Positions 21,022-30,509 of a DNA stretch of 64,000 nucleotides are shown piece by piece. The notes beneath the pieces are model-generated. The model was not told the DNA's origin and searched no databases. It worked only from the letters and a program-made list of their open reading frames with translations. The stretch is from Candidatus Methylomirabilota bacterium (lineage in GTDB: Bacteria; Methylomirabilota; Methylomirabilia; Rokubacteriales; CSP1-6), in contig JBKPAK010000015.1 in NCBI GenBank assembly GCA_046726415.1, positions 14,279 through 78,278 of the forward strand, read 5' to 3'. The position numbers and the translations under genes are program-made. Within the stretch, counting starts at the first letter, position 1. The number at the start of each line of letters is the position of its first letter.

Positions 21022-22191
21022 ATGACGATCAAAGGGCAGGCTTACATCGCCGGGATCTACGAGCATCCGACGCGCAAGGCTGACGACAAGTCTCTGGCCC
21101 AGCTGCACGCCGAGGTCGCTCGTGGCGCACTGGAAGACGCCGGGCTCACCAAGGCCGACGTCGACGGCTACTTCTGCGCGGGCGACGCGCCCGGCCTGGG
21201 TGGGCTCTCCATGGCCGACTACATGGGGCTCACGCTGCGCCACATGGACACGACGGAGACGGGCGGATCGTCCTACGTCATCCACGTCGCGCACGCCGCG
21301 CAGGCGATCGCCGCCGCGAAGTGCGACGTGGCTCTGATCACGCTGGCCGGCCGGCCACGGTCGGAAGGAATGGCGACTGGGACGGCTCCGCGCAACTACG
21401 GGGCCGGCGTTCCGGACGTCCCCTTCGAGTTCCCTTTCGGGCCGACGGTGGTCAACCAGTACGCCATGGCTGCCATGCGGCACATGCACGAGTTCGGAAC
21501 CACCAGTGCGCAACTCGCCTGGATCAAAGTGGCCGCCTCCCACCACGCCCAGCACAACCCCCATGCCATGTTGCGGGATGTGGTCACCGTCGACGACGTC
21601 GTCAATTCGCCGATGATCTCCGATCCCCTGCACCGGCTCGATTGCTGCGTCATCAGCGATGGGGGCGGCGCCATCGTCGTCGCGCGGCCGGAGGTGGCGA
21701 AGAGTTTGAAACGCCCGCGAGTCCGCGTGCTGGGCGGGGGCGAAGCCTCCAAGCATCAGATGGGGGGCAAGGTCGATCTGACCTACTCTGGCGCCGTCTG
21801 GTCGGGACCGGCGGCCTTCGCCGAAGCCGGGGTCAAGCCGCCGGACATCAAGTACGTCTCCATCTACGACAGCTTCACCATCACGGTGCTCATCACGCTC
21901 GAGGACCTCGGCTTCTGCCCGAAGGGCCAGGGCGGCAAGTTCGTGGCCGACGGCAATCTGATCTCCGGCGTCGGCAAGTTGCCGTTCAACACCGACGGCG
22001 GCGGCCTCTGCAACAACCATCCAGCCAATCGCGGCGGCCTCACCAAGGTGGTGGAGGCCGTGCGCCAGCTTCGCGGTGAGGCGCACCCGAAGGTGCAGGT
22101 GAAGAACTGCGACGTGGCGCTGGCCCACGGTACCGGGGGATCGCTGGGCACGCGGCACGGGAGCGCCACCGTGATCATGGAGCGGGAGTGA
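21022..22191 (+). CDS. Thiolase-superfamily protein (SCPx/Ltp2-like)
   Basis: DCCVISDGGGA, IYDSFT, NTDGGGL, EAVRQLRGE. Confidence 0.9.
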   Translation: MTIKGQAYIAGIYEHPTRKADDKSLAQLHAEVARGALEDAGLTKADVDGYFCAGDAPGLGGLSMADYMGLTLRHMDTTETGGSSYVIHVAHAAQAIAAAKCDVALITLAGRPRSEGMATGTAPRNYGAGVPDVPFEFPFGPTVVNQYAMAAMRHMHEFGTTSAQLAWIKVAASHHAQHNPHAMLRDVVTVDDVVNSPMISDPLHRLDCCVISDGGGAIVVARPEVAKSLKRPRVRVLGGGEASKHQMGGKVDLTYSGAVWSGPAAFAEAGVKPPDIKYVSIYDSFTITVLITLEDLGFCPKGQGGKFVADGNLISGVGKLPFNTDGGGLCNNHPANRGGLTKVVEAVRQLRGEAHPKVQVKNCDVALAHGTGGSLGTRHGSATVIMERE

Positions 22192-22195
22192 CATC

Positions 22196-22591
22196 ATGCC
22201 TGGACCGGAGAGGACGATCCCCGCGCCTCAGCCCACGCCGGAGACCCAGCCCTTCTGGGACGCCGCCGCGCAAGGCCGACTTCTGATAAAGCGATGCACG
22301 GCGTGTGGGGAGGTGCACCACTACCCCCGCCCGCTCTGCCCGTTCTGCTTCAGCGACGCGACGGAGTGGCGGGAGAGCTCGGGCCGGGGGACGATCTATT
22401 CCTACAGCGTCATGCGGCGGGTGCCGGTGCCGTACGCGATCGCCTACGTCACGCTGGACGAAGGCGTGACGATGATGACCAACATCGTCGACTGTGACCT
22501 GAACGCGATCAAAATCGGTCAGAAGGTGAAGGTCGTGTTCAAACCGACCGAGGGCGGCCCGGCGGTCCCGACGTTCGCGCCGGCCCAGTGA
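22196..22591 (+). CDS. DUF35 Zn-ribbon/OB-fold protein
   Basis: PFWDAA, CTAC...CPFC, GTIYSYS, PYAIAYVTLDEG. Confidence 0.92.
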   Translation: MPGPERTIPAPQPTPETQPFWDAAAQGRLLIKRCTACGEVHHYPRPLCPFCFSDATEWRESSGRGTIYSYSVMRRVPVPYAIAYVTLDEGVTMMTNIVDCDLNAIKIGQKVKVVFKPTEGGPAVPTFAPAQ

Positions 22592-22632
22592 AATGGGGCC
22601 CCCACACCCCCGGCGCTCGAGGCGCTCCTCAC

Positions 22633-24384
22633 TCATTTCTCGGCGACCCGCCAGACCCGGTCCCAATCGAACGGAGGCGGGTTCGACCGCAGGAGGGCAA
22701 TTCGCCGCTCGAAGGCCTGCGCCGGCCCGTCGTCGGGCTTGCGCTCGAGGCATGCCCGAAATCCCCGCTCGGCTCGATCCCAGTCCATGTCGCGATACGC
22801 GGCCAGTCCCTCGGCGAAGAGGCCGCGCAGCTCCTCCTGCTCGGGTGACAGCTCGCCGAGGCGGGCCAGCAACTCGAACACCCGGATCGGCTCGCTCTTG
22901 CCAGCCACCGTCAGGAGGTCCAGTTCGCGCACCTCGATTGCCTGCTGAGCCAGGCGATAGGTGTCGTCGGAAATGAGGATGGCCGTCCCGTAGATTTTGT
23001 TGGCGCCCTCGAGCCGGGACGCCAGATTCACCGTGTCGCCTACGATGGTGTACGACTTCGTCTGATCCGACCCGATGGTGCCGATCACCACTTCCCCGGT
23101 GGTCAGGCCCATGCGCACGCGGAAGCCCGGCACGTTGCGGCGCAGGCCTAGCACGTCCGGCAAATCCTGTCGAAACGCCGAAATGGCCTCCTGCTGGGCG
23201 AGGGCCGCCAGACAGCCATCGGCCGCGTGGCGATCCCCGGGCGAGAAGGGCGGCGTCCAGAACGCCATCACCGCATCGCCAACGTACTTGTCGACGATGC
23301 CATGGCGATCGAGAACGGCCCTGGTGACGACGCCGAAGTAGCGGTTGAGCAAATTGACCAGAGCTCCGGCCGTCAGTTGTTCCCCCATGGCGCTGAAGGC
23401 CTCGATGTCGGAGAAGAAGACCGTCACGGTGCGGCGCTCGGCCGCCTCGGGATTCTCGCTCGAGGAGCGCAGGAGGTCGTTGACGATGCGCGGATCGAGA
23501 TACTTCCCGAAGGTGTCCTTGATGCGCTCCTTGGCCTGCAGCTCCATCACCATGTGATTGAATGACCGGGTCAGCTGACCGATCTCATCGTCGGAGGTGA
23601 TGGGCAGCTCAACAGCCAGCTGGCCCCTCTGGACGGCGCGCGTGCCGTCCAGCAGGCGGCCGAAGGCCCGGGCCAGGCGATGGGTCAGCATCCCAAACAG
23701 GATCAACCCGACGGCGGCCGCCATAACGAAGAGGACGCTGTTGAACGCGAGCACCGTGACCGTTTGTTGGCTCGTCTCGCGCGCCGAGTCCCTGGTCAGC
23801 GTCTGGATGGTTCGCCGGATCTCGGCGAGGTCGGGGCCGAACGCGGTCTCGAAAGCCGCGAACCCGGCAGCCAACCGCTGGGCCTCCGTGGGGCGCCCCT
23901 CAGCAATCGCATTCAGCACCGCCCCGCCCACCGCCGTGAAGGGCGCGACGTGACGGCGGAGCGCCCGGAAGGCTCCCTCGATGCGAGCCAGCTCGATCCG
24001 GTCCGACACGTCGTTGCGCTCGTCTCTGATGGCGGTTGCCAAGAGCGCCAAGGCCCCGTCGAATGACTGGTCGAGCCGCTCGGCGATCTCGCGCTGGCGT
24101 CGGACCGACGCGGCCAGCTGATCGGCCGGAACCGCGTCCGACTGGAGCAGACGCCGGATATTCAGCTCGTACTCGAAGGTCTCGACGTCGATGGCCGCCG
24201 CGATGTCCGAGAGCCGCAGGTGATAGTCGGCGATGCCTTCGAGCTCGGCAATGACGCGCTTGATGAAGACGGCCGACACGGCCGTGGTGACCGCGAACAC
24301 AACCAGGAGGAGGGTGGTGACCGCCAGGATTTTCAGCCGAATGCTCATGGACGGCCGGAATCGCGTCAACAGTCGCATCACCAT
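22633..24384 (-). CDS. Membrane class III adenylate/guanylate cyclase with HAMP domain and C-terminal TPR-like tail
   Basis: Two TM helices, DEIGQLTRSFNHM (HAMP), FFSDIEAFS, DKYVGDAVMAFW, GDTVNLASRLEG; exact start uncertain. Confidence 0.92.
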   Translation of the reverse strand: MVMRLLTRFRPSMSIRLKILAVTTLLLVVFAVTTAVSAVFIKRVIAELEGIADYHLRLSDIAAAIDVETFEYELNIRRLLQSDAVPADQLAASVRRQREIAERLDQSFDGALALLATAIRDERNDVSDRIELARIEGAFRALRRHVAPFTAVGGAVLNAIAEGRPTEAQRLAAGFAAFETAFGPDLAEIRRTIQTLTRDSARETSQQTVTVLAFNSVLFVMAAAVGLILFGMLTHRLARAFGRLLDGTRAVQRGQLAVELPITSDDEIGQLTRSFNHMVMELQAKERIKDTFGKYLDPRIVNDLLRSSSENPEAAERRTVTVFFSDIEAFSAMGEQLTAGALVNLLNRYFGVVTRAVLDRHGIVDKYVGDAVMAFWTPPFSPGDRHAADGCLAALAQQEAISAFRQDLPDVLGLRRNVPGFRVRMGLTTGEVVIGTIGSDQTKSYTIVGDTVNLASRLEGANKIYGTAILISDDTYRLAQQAIEVRELDLLTVAGKSEPIRVFELLARLGELSPEQEELRGLFAEGLAAYRDMDWDRAERGFRACLERKPDDGPAQAFERRIALLRSNPPPFDWDRVWRVAEK

Positions 24385-24603
24385 TGCGCGACGCCTGGCG
24401 TGACCGGGCGGGATGGGGACGGGCACCGCGGTGCTCTCTTCCAGGACGACCTCCTGGCTCGCGACGGGCGAGCGGTATTCGGCCTGGCCGAGGCTATCTG
24501 ACGCCCGATTGTGGCGTCAAGGCGGTGCCGCTGACCGGCGAGGGGAACCGCGCGCCTGGCACCTTCCCCACGATCCCGAGCCTCACGTATACTCCCGCAC
24601 GTC

Positions 24604-26961
24604 ATGAGTGAACCTATCGTCGTCGAAACGTTCGCCGTCGGGCAGTCGGTGCGGCGCCTGGAGGATCCGCGCCTCCTCCAAGGTCTCGGCCGCTATTCGG
24701 ACGACGTGAGCCTCCCGCGCGAGGTCTACGTCGTGATCGTGCGCTCGCCTCACGCGCACGCGCGCATCCGGGGCGTGGATGCCTCCGCCGCGCTGGCCGC
24801 GCCGGGCGTCCTTGCCGTCCTCACCGGCGCCGACGCCGCCGCCGACGGCCTGGGCAATCTGCCCACAGATTCCTCGCGCAAGCGGCGCGACGGGTCGCCG
24901 GCCTTCACCACGCCGCGGCCGGCGCTGGCCCGCGAGCGCGTGCGCCACGTCGGCGATCCGGTGGCCCTCGTCGTCGCCGCGACGCGGGAAGGTGCCGCCG
25001 ACGCCGCCGCCCTGGTGGCCGTCGACTATGAGCCGCTGCCTTCGGTGGCAGCGACGGCGGAGGCCAGCCGTCCTGGCGCCCCCGCCGTCTGGGACCAGGC
25101 GCCTGACAACGTGGCCTTCGTGTGGGAGGCCGGGCAACGCGACGCGGTCGCGCAGGCCTTTGAGCGGGCTGCCCATATCACCCGGCTCGACTTCGTGGTG
25201 ACCCGCGTGGCCGCCGCTCCGCTCGAGCCTCGGGCCGCCGTGGGCGAGTACGACCGGCGCACCGGTCGCTACACCTTGCACACGGGTATCCAGGCGCCCC
25301 ACGGGCTCCGGACCTTGCTCGCCGACGTCCTGCGGGTGCCGCACAGCCAGGTCCGCGTCGTGACCGGCGAGGTCGGCGGCAGCTTCGGGATGCGCAGCGG
25401 CATCTACCCGGAGATGGTGCTCGTACTATGGGCAGCCCGGCGGCTCGGCCGGCCGGTGAAGTGGACGGCGGACCGGCGTGAAGGATTCGTGACCGACGAG
25501 CACGGCCGAGACAACGTCTCGACGTCGGAGTTGGCCCTCGACCCGGACGGGAAGTTCCTGGCCCTGCGAGTGGCCATTACCCTCAACATCGGCGCGTACT
25601 TCACGCCGCGCAGCGCGGGGCCGGGCACCAACAACGTCGGCGGCATCGCCGGCGTGTACACGACGCCAGCCATTCACGTTCAGACCACAGGGGTGTACAG
25701 CAACACCACGCCCACCGGGCCATATCGCGGCGCCGGCCGTCCCGAAGCCACATACGCCATCGAGCGGGTCATCGACGTGGCCGCGCGTGAGCTGGGGCTC
25801 GATCCCCTGGAGTTGCGCCGCCGCAACCTGATCCCGGCCTCGGCTATGCCCTTCAAAACGGGTCTCATCTTCACCTACGACTGCGGCGACTTCTCCCGCA
25901 GCATGGAGATGGCCCTGACGCTTGCCGACCACACTGGTTTCGAGCAGCGGCGGAAAGAAGCCCGGGCCCGCGGCAAGCTGTTGGGGCTGGGCATCGCCAA
26001 CCCCATCGAGGTGGCCGGGGGGCCGTACACGTCCGTCAATCCGGACACCGCCCAGGTGCGCGTCAACGCCGATGGCTCGGTCTCCCTCTTCACCGGCTCG
26101 ACGTCGATGGGACAGGGCAACGAGACGGCCTTCGCCCAGATCGTCAGCGACCGGCTCGGCGTGCCGCCCGAGCGAATCCAGGTGTTCTGGGGTGACAGTG
26201 ACGCGCTCGGCGCTGGCCGCGGCAACGGTGGCTCGGGCGCGCTTACCGTGGGTGGGTCGGCCGTGATGCGGGCGACGGAGCGCGTGATCGAGCGCGGTCG
26301 CCGCATCGCCGCCCGCATGCTGGAAGCCGCGCCGGAGGACGTGGCCCTCCGCGACGGGCGCTTCACGGTGGCGGGAACCGACCGGGGAGTGACCTTCGCC
26401 AGCGTGGCCCGCACCGCCTACCAGCCGCGGCAGCTTCCCGCGGGGATGGAGCCCGGCTTCAGCGAGACGGCGGCATTTACCCCCCCCGCCGTCACCTTTC
26501 CCAACGGCTGCCAGGTGTGTGAGGTCGAGATCGACCCGGAGACGGGGGTGGTGCGCATCGTACGCCATGCCGTCGTGGACGATGTGGGCCACATGGTAAA
26601 TCCCATGTTGGTGCAGGGCCAGATCCACGGTGGTCTGGTGCAGGGCCTCGGCCAGGGGCTCTTCGAGGAACTCACCTACGACGCCGACACCGGCCAGCTC
26701 CACACGGCCTCCTTCATGGACTACGCGATGCCTCGCGCCGACGACGTGCCCGCGTTCGACGTGGACCACCACGAGGTTCCGACCAAGGTCAACCCCCTCG
26801 GCGCCAAAGGCGTGGGCGAAGCCGGCACGGTCGGAGCCCTGCCGGCTTTGCTCAACGCCGTGAACGACGCGCTGGCTCCGCTCGGGGTGCGCCACCTCGA
26901 CATGCCGGTGACGCCCGAGCGCGTCTGGCGGGCGATTCAGGACGCCCGGGCGCGCCCCTGA
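24604..26961 (+). CDS. Xanthine dehydrogenase/CoxL-family molybdopterin-binding large subunit
   Basis: RLEDPRLL, VGGSFG, PYRGAGRPE, GQGNET, GQIHGG, GAKGVGE. Confidence 0.93.
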   Translation: MSEPIVVETFAVGQSVRRLEDPRLLQGLGRYSDDVSLPREVYVVIVRSPHAHARIRGVDASAALAAPGVLAVLTGADAAADGLGNLPTDSSRKRRDGSPAFTTPRPALARERVRHVGDPVALVVAATREGAADAAALVAVDYEPLPSVAATAEASRPGAPAVWDQAPDNVAFVWEAGQRDAVAQAFERAAHITRLDFVVTRVAAAPLEPRAAVGEYDRRTGRYTLHTGIQAPHGLRTLLADVLRVPHSQVRVVTGEVGGSFGMRSGIYPEMVLVLWAARRLGRPVKWTADRREGFVTDEHGRDNVSTSELALDPDGKFLALRVAITLNIGAYFTPRSAGPGTNNVGGIAGVYTTPAIHVQTTGVYSNTTPTGPYRGAGRPEATYAIERVIDVAARELGLDPLELRRRNLIPASAMPFKTGLIFTYDCGDFSRSMEMALTLADHTGFEQRRKEARARGKLLGLGIANPIEVAGGPYTSVNPDTAQVRVNADGSVSLFTGSTSMGQGNETAFAQIVSDRLGVPPERIQVFWGDSDALGAGRGNGGSGALTVGGSAVMRATERVIERGRRIAARMLEAAPEDVALRDGRFTVAGTDRGVTFASVARTAYQPRQLPAGMEPGFSETAAFTPPAVTFPNGCQVCEVEIDPETGVVRIVRHAVVDDVGHMVNPMLVQGQIHGGLVQGLGQGLFEELTYDADTGQLHTASFMDYAMPRADDVPAFDVDHHEVPTKVNPLGAKGVGEAGTVGALPALLNAVNDALAPLGVRHLDMPVTPERVWRAIQDARARP

Positions 26962-26984
26962 CGAGCGGATCAAGAACGACGCGC

Positions 26985-28025
26985 GTGCCCCCCGCGACCG
27001 CGTTCGACCCGAGCGAGGCGGAGGCCCTCATCGCCATGCTGGCCCACCTCGAAGGGATGACGCCGCCGCTCGCCATGCCGGCGCTGCCCCGAGGCTGGAC
27101 GCTCGTCTTCGACTCTCCGGTCCTCGGCGCCTTCGATAACAAGTGGCAGCTCTGGCGCCAGGACACCGATCCGCCGCGGTTCGCGGTGGCCATCCGGGGG
27201 ACGGTGACGAAGGCGCGCAGCATCCTGGCCGACGTACTGTCCGTGATGATCCGTGGCTCGGGGTCGGTGGCGGTCGATGGCTTGAGGTTCTCGTACCGGT
27301 TCGCCACCGATCCACACGCTGCCGTGCATCTCGGCTTCGCGCTCGCCGCGCTCATCCTGCTTCACGAGCCGCGCGACGGCATCCTGCCCCAGCTCCTCGC
27401 GGCGTGCCCTCCCGGCAGCGAGGTGCTGATCTCGGGCCACAGCCAGGGAGCGGCGGTCGCCACGCTCTGCCGATCGTATCTGGAGTATGCGGAGATCGCG
27501 GGAGCGCGCTGGCGCTACCGGGCTTATCTCGTCGCCCAGCCGAAGCCCGGTAACGATCACTATGGGTACGACTTCGAACGCCTGACGAGCCAGCCACCTA
27601 GCGCGTGGCGGATCACCAATACGCTGGACTGGGTACCCCAGGTACCACTCACCTTCGAGTTCCCGGGCCAGCTCAACGAACCCAATCCGCTCGACGTGCT
27701 CACCGAGCCCGAGCGGGCCCTGGTCCACATGGCTGAGTCGGTCGTGCGCGCGCTCCACGAGCACGCGAAACGCACCCAGCTCGAGAGCGTGCAGCCGCAG
27801 GCCTCGCATCTCGCGCAGATCATGCGCGGGCAACGCTTGGTGCCGACCGCGGCGGCCGAGACCCCTTTCGACCTCGGTATCGTCTGGGACTTCAACTTCG
27901 GCGGCTGCGGGATTCCGGTCGTTCTCGAAGGCGCCCCGGCGATCAACCCGAACGACCCCCACGATGCGTTCTGGCAGCACCACGCCGCTATGTACTACGA
28001 CCTGATCCGGAGGATGTACCTGTGA
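26985..28025 (+). CDS. Lipase class 3 family alpha/beta hydrolase
   Basis: VAIRGT, VHLGF, ISGHSQGAA, QPKPGN, DWVPQVP, C-terminal His. Confidence 0.85.
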   Translation: MPPATAFDPSEAEALIAMLAHLEGMTPPLAMPALPRGWTLVFDSPVLGAFDNKWQLWRQDTDPPRFAVAIRGTVTKARSILADVLSVMIRGSGSVAVDGLRFSYRFATDPHAAVHLGFALAALILLHEPRDGILPQLLAACPPGSEVLISGHSQGAAVATLCRSYLEYAEIAGARWRYRAYLVAQPKPGNDHYGYDFERLTSQPPSAWRITNTLDWVPQVPLTFEFPGQLNEPNPLDVLTEPERALVHMAESVVRALHEHAKRTQLESVQPQASHLAQIMRGQRLVPTAAAETPFDLGIVWDFNFGGCGIPVVLEGAPAINPNDPHDAFWQHHAAMYYDLIRRMYL

Positions 28026-28055
28026 CCTTGCGGTGCGGACGGGTCGCCGTGGTGG

Positions 28056-28850
28056 TCACCGCCCCTTGAACTGGGGGCGTCGCTTTTCCGAGAAAGCCTT
28101 CACGCCCTCCTGGTAGTCCTCGCTGTTGAAGCAGTCCCCGATGAGCTTGTCCAGCAGCGCCAGGTCGCGCTGATCGGTAGGCCGCAGCAGTTGGTCCACG
28201 TTTGCTTTGGCGGAGCGCAGGGTGAGGGGAGCGTTCCGCGCCATGGTCTGTGCATAGTCGCGCGTGAAGCTCTCCAACTCCGCCTTGGGGACCACCTGGT
28301 TCACCAGCCCCATGCGGAGCGCGTCCGGGGCGCTGAAGTCGGTACGGGCCGTGAAGAACAACTCCTTGGTGTACGAGGGCCCGATCAGCTTCATCAGTTT
28401 TTCCATGCCCTTGTAGTGGTAGCCCAGGCCGAGGCGCGCAGCGGGGATCCCGAAGCGCGCGTCGTCGGCCGCGATGCGCATGTCACAGGTGATGGCGATG
28501 CTGACCCCGCCGCCGATGCAGAAGCCGTGGATCATGGCGAGGAGCGGTTTGCTCAGCGCGGCCAGCGCCTCCTGCCCGCGCGCCGAGATGCGACCGTACT
28601 CCTCCTCGTCGGCCATGTTGCGCCGCCGCTCCTTGAACTGCGAGATGTCAGCGCCGGCCACGAAGGCCTGGTCGCCGGCCCCGCGCAGGATGACGACGCG
28701 GATCGCGTCATCCGCGGTCAGCTCCTGCACGTATCCGGGCATGAGCTGCCACATCTCCTGGCTCACCGCGTTGCGCTTCTCGGGCTGGTTGAAGACGATC
28801 CAACCGATCGGTCCGTCCCTTTCCAGCAGCAGCTTCGGCGCTTCACTCAT
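28056..28850 (-). CDS. Enoyl-CoA hydratase/isomerase family
   Basis: AFVAGADIS, GFCIGGG, DYQEGVKAFSEKRRPQF. Confidence 0.93.
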   Translation of the reverse strand: MSEAPKLLLERDGPIGWIVFNQPEKRNAVSQEMWQLMPGYVQELTADDAIRVVILRGAGDQAFVAGADISQFKERRRNMADEEEYGRISARGQEALAALSKPLLAMIHGFCIGGGVSIAITCDMRIAADDARFGIPAARLGLGYHYKGMEKLMKLIGPSYTKELFFTARTDFSAPDALRMGLVNQVVPKAELESFTRDYAQTMARNAPLTLRSAKANVDQLLRPTDQRDLALLDKLIGDCFNSEDYQEGVKAFSEKRRPQFKGR

Positions 28851-29025
28851 GGTCGGTCTCCCTCGTGGCAGAACATGACGTCGAGGGACGGTGTATCGCG
28901 TCCGCGGCCCCGGCGCAAGCCCCGTCGAGGCACCGTATCCGCCCGCGCTTGCCGGGCCGACTTATGAGGACGTATTCTCCCGGCACGGTGAGGAAGCGGC
29001 CCCCCGAGCACCACGAGCGTTTCCG

Positions 29026-30276
29026 ATGACAGATATGGGACATACGGGCTCCTCGGCTGAGGCCGCGGATCCCAAGGCTCTCCAGGCGGCGCTGGTCGAA
29101 ACCCTGCGCGCGAAGGGCTGCCTCGGCTCTGCGGCGATCGCGGAGGCGTTCGCCGCGGTGCCGCGCCACCTCTTTGTTCCCGACGTGCCACTCGGGGAGG
29201 CGTATACCGACCGCTGGATTGCCACCAAACGCCTGCCCGATGGCGAAGTCGTGAGCTCCTCCTCCCAGCCCGAGATCATGGCCATCATGCTGGAGCAGCT
29301 CGACGTGCGGCCTGGCCACCGCGTCCTCGAGATTGGCGCCGGTACAGGCTACAACGCCGCCCTGCTCGCACACCTCGTGGGTGCCGGCGGATGCGTCACC
29401 GCGGTCGACATCGACGAAGACATCGTGGCCGCGGCGCGGGCGCACCTGCAGACGGTCGGCGCGACCGGTGTTCGCGTCGTGCACACAGACGGCTGGGCGG
29501 GCGAGGCCAATGGTGCTCCCTACGACCGACTGGTCCTCACCGTGGGGGCTCACGACATCTCGCCAGCCTGGCGCGCGCAGCTCGCGCCGGGCGGGCGCCT
29601 CCTCCTTCCGCTGCAGCTCCCTGCGGTACAGGCGTCAGTCGCCTTCGACGAGCGTGGCGGTGCGCTGGAAAGCGTTTCCGTTCGCCCATGCGCGTTCATG
29701 CGCCTCCGGGGCGCCTCGGCGATTCCGATGCGACCGGTCGCCGTTGGCCCTGAGCCAGCACCTGCGGTATGGCCGCGCGGGACCCATACGGTGGACGGTG
29801 AGGCCGTCCACGCGCTCCTTCAGGCCCCGGGCGACGATCTGGCCACGGCGCTGGTGGTGCCCGTGCGCTCTCTGTATGACGGGCTGATCGCGTGGCTCGG
29901 GCTCCACGAATCGACCTCGGCGTGGTTCACCGCACAGGGTGCGGCCCTGGCGGCCGGGCTCGTACCGGCCTTTGTCGGCGGCAGCGACGAGTCCGCCAGC
30001 ACCTTCGGCTTCTTCGAGTCAGACGGAGTCGGCCTGTTCGCCCGTGCCGCGGTCACGCCGGATGGCCGCGTGTCCATTGGCATCCGCGCACACGGCAATC
30101 CCCTGGTTGGCGAGCGATTGCGCGCCGCCACCTTGGCGTGGAACGAGGCCGGACGGCCGACCTTGGCGCGCCTTCGCGTCCGCGCGTATCCGATCGAGTC
30201 TCCGTACGATCCGAGAGCGGGCGACATCGCGCTCCTGCGCCCGTGCACCCGGCTTGTCCTTGACTGGCCGTCATGA
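29026..30276 (+). CDS. Protein-L-isoaspartate O-methyltransferase homolog with long C-terminal extension (FxLD/RiPP-associated type)
   Basis: VPRHLF, SSSSQP, VLEIGAGTGYNAALL, PYDRL, CAFMRLRG, plus ~170 extra C-terminal residues. Confidence 0.85.
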   Translation: MTDMGHTGSSAEAADPKALQAALVETLRAKGCLGSAAIAEAFAAVPRHLFVPDVPLGEAYTDRWIATKRLPDGEVVSSSSQPEIMAIMLEQLDVRPGHRVLEIGAGTGYNAALLAHLVGAGGCVTAVDIDEDIVAAARAHLQTVGATGVRVVHTDGWAGEANGAPYDRLVLTVGAHDISPAWRAQLAPGGRLLLPLQLPAVQASVAFDERGGALESVSVRPCAFMRLRGASAIPMRPVAVGPEPAPAVWPRGTHTVDGEAVHALLQAPGDDLATALVVPVRSLYDGLIAWLGLHESTSAWFTAQGAALAAGLVPAFVGGSDESASTFGFFESDGVGLFARAAVTPDGRVSIGIRAHGNPLVGERLRAATLAWNEAGRPTLARLRVRAYPIESPYDPRAGDIALLRPCTRLVLDWPS

Positions 30277-30312
30277 TTCACCGACTGGAGGGTGCGGGCG
30301 GTGAATGACTCC

Positions 30313-30382
30313 CAGAGTTGTCCCTGGGACGGCCGATGCCTCCCGCAGAGTTGCACCTGGGATGGCCGATGCCTCCCGCAGA
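30313..30382 (+). repeat. 33-bp tandem repeat (2+ units, each an imperfect hairpin)
   Basis: CAGAGTTG..CCTGGGA.GGCCGATGCCTCCCG at 30313 and 30346; a third CAGA at 30379. Confidence 0.85.
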
Positions 30383-30509
30383 CGGTGAGCGCGCGGCGTC
30401 GACCGTGCCCGGTCGAGGTCGCGGGGTGTCAGCCGCGCGGCTCGCGGTATGCTCGAAGGCCGGTAGGCCGCGGTGCGGCTGTCGTTGCACATGAAAGGAG
30501 CCATCGACG

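Noticed and set aside
24604-26961. Aerobic form I CO dehydrogenase
   Set aside because: Lacks the AYXCSFR motif and coxMS neighbours.
30274-30300. Sec read-through at the methyltransferase TGA
   Set aside because: The stop is not at a Cys-equivalent position and the 13-nt/GG-loop hairpin is absent.
30313-30382. Mini-CRISPR from the 33-bp repeats
   Set aside because: Units are contiguous with no spacers; only 2+ copies.
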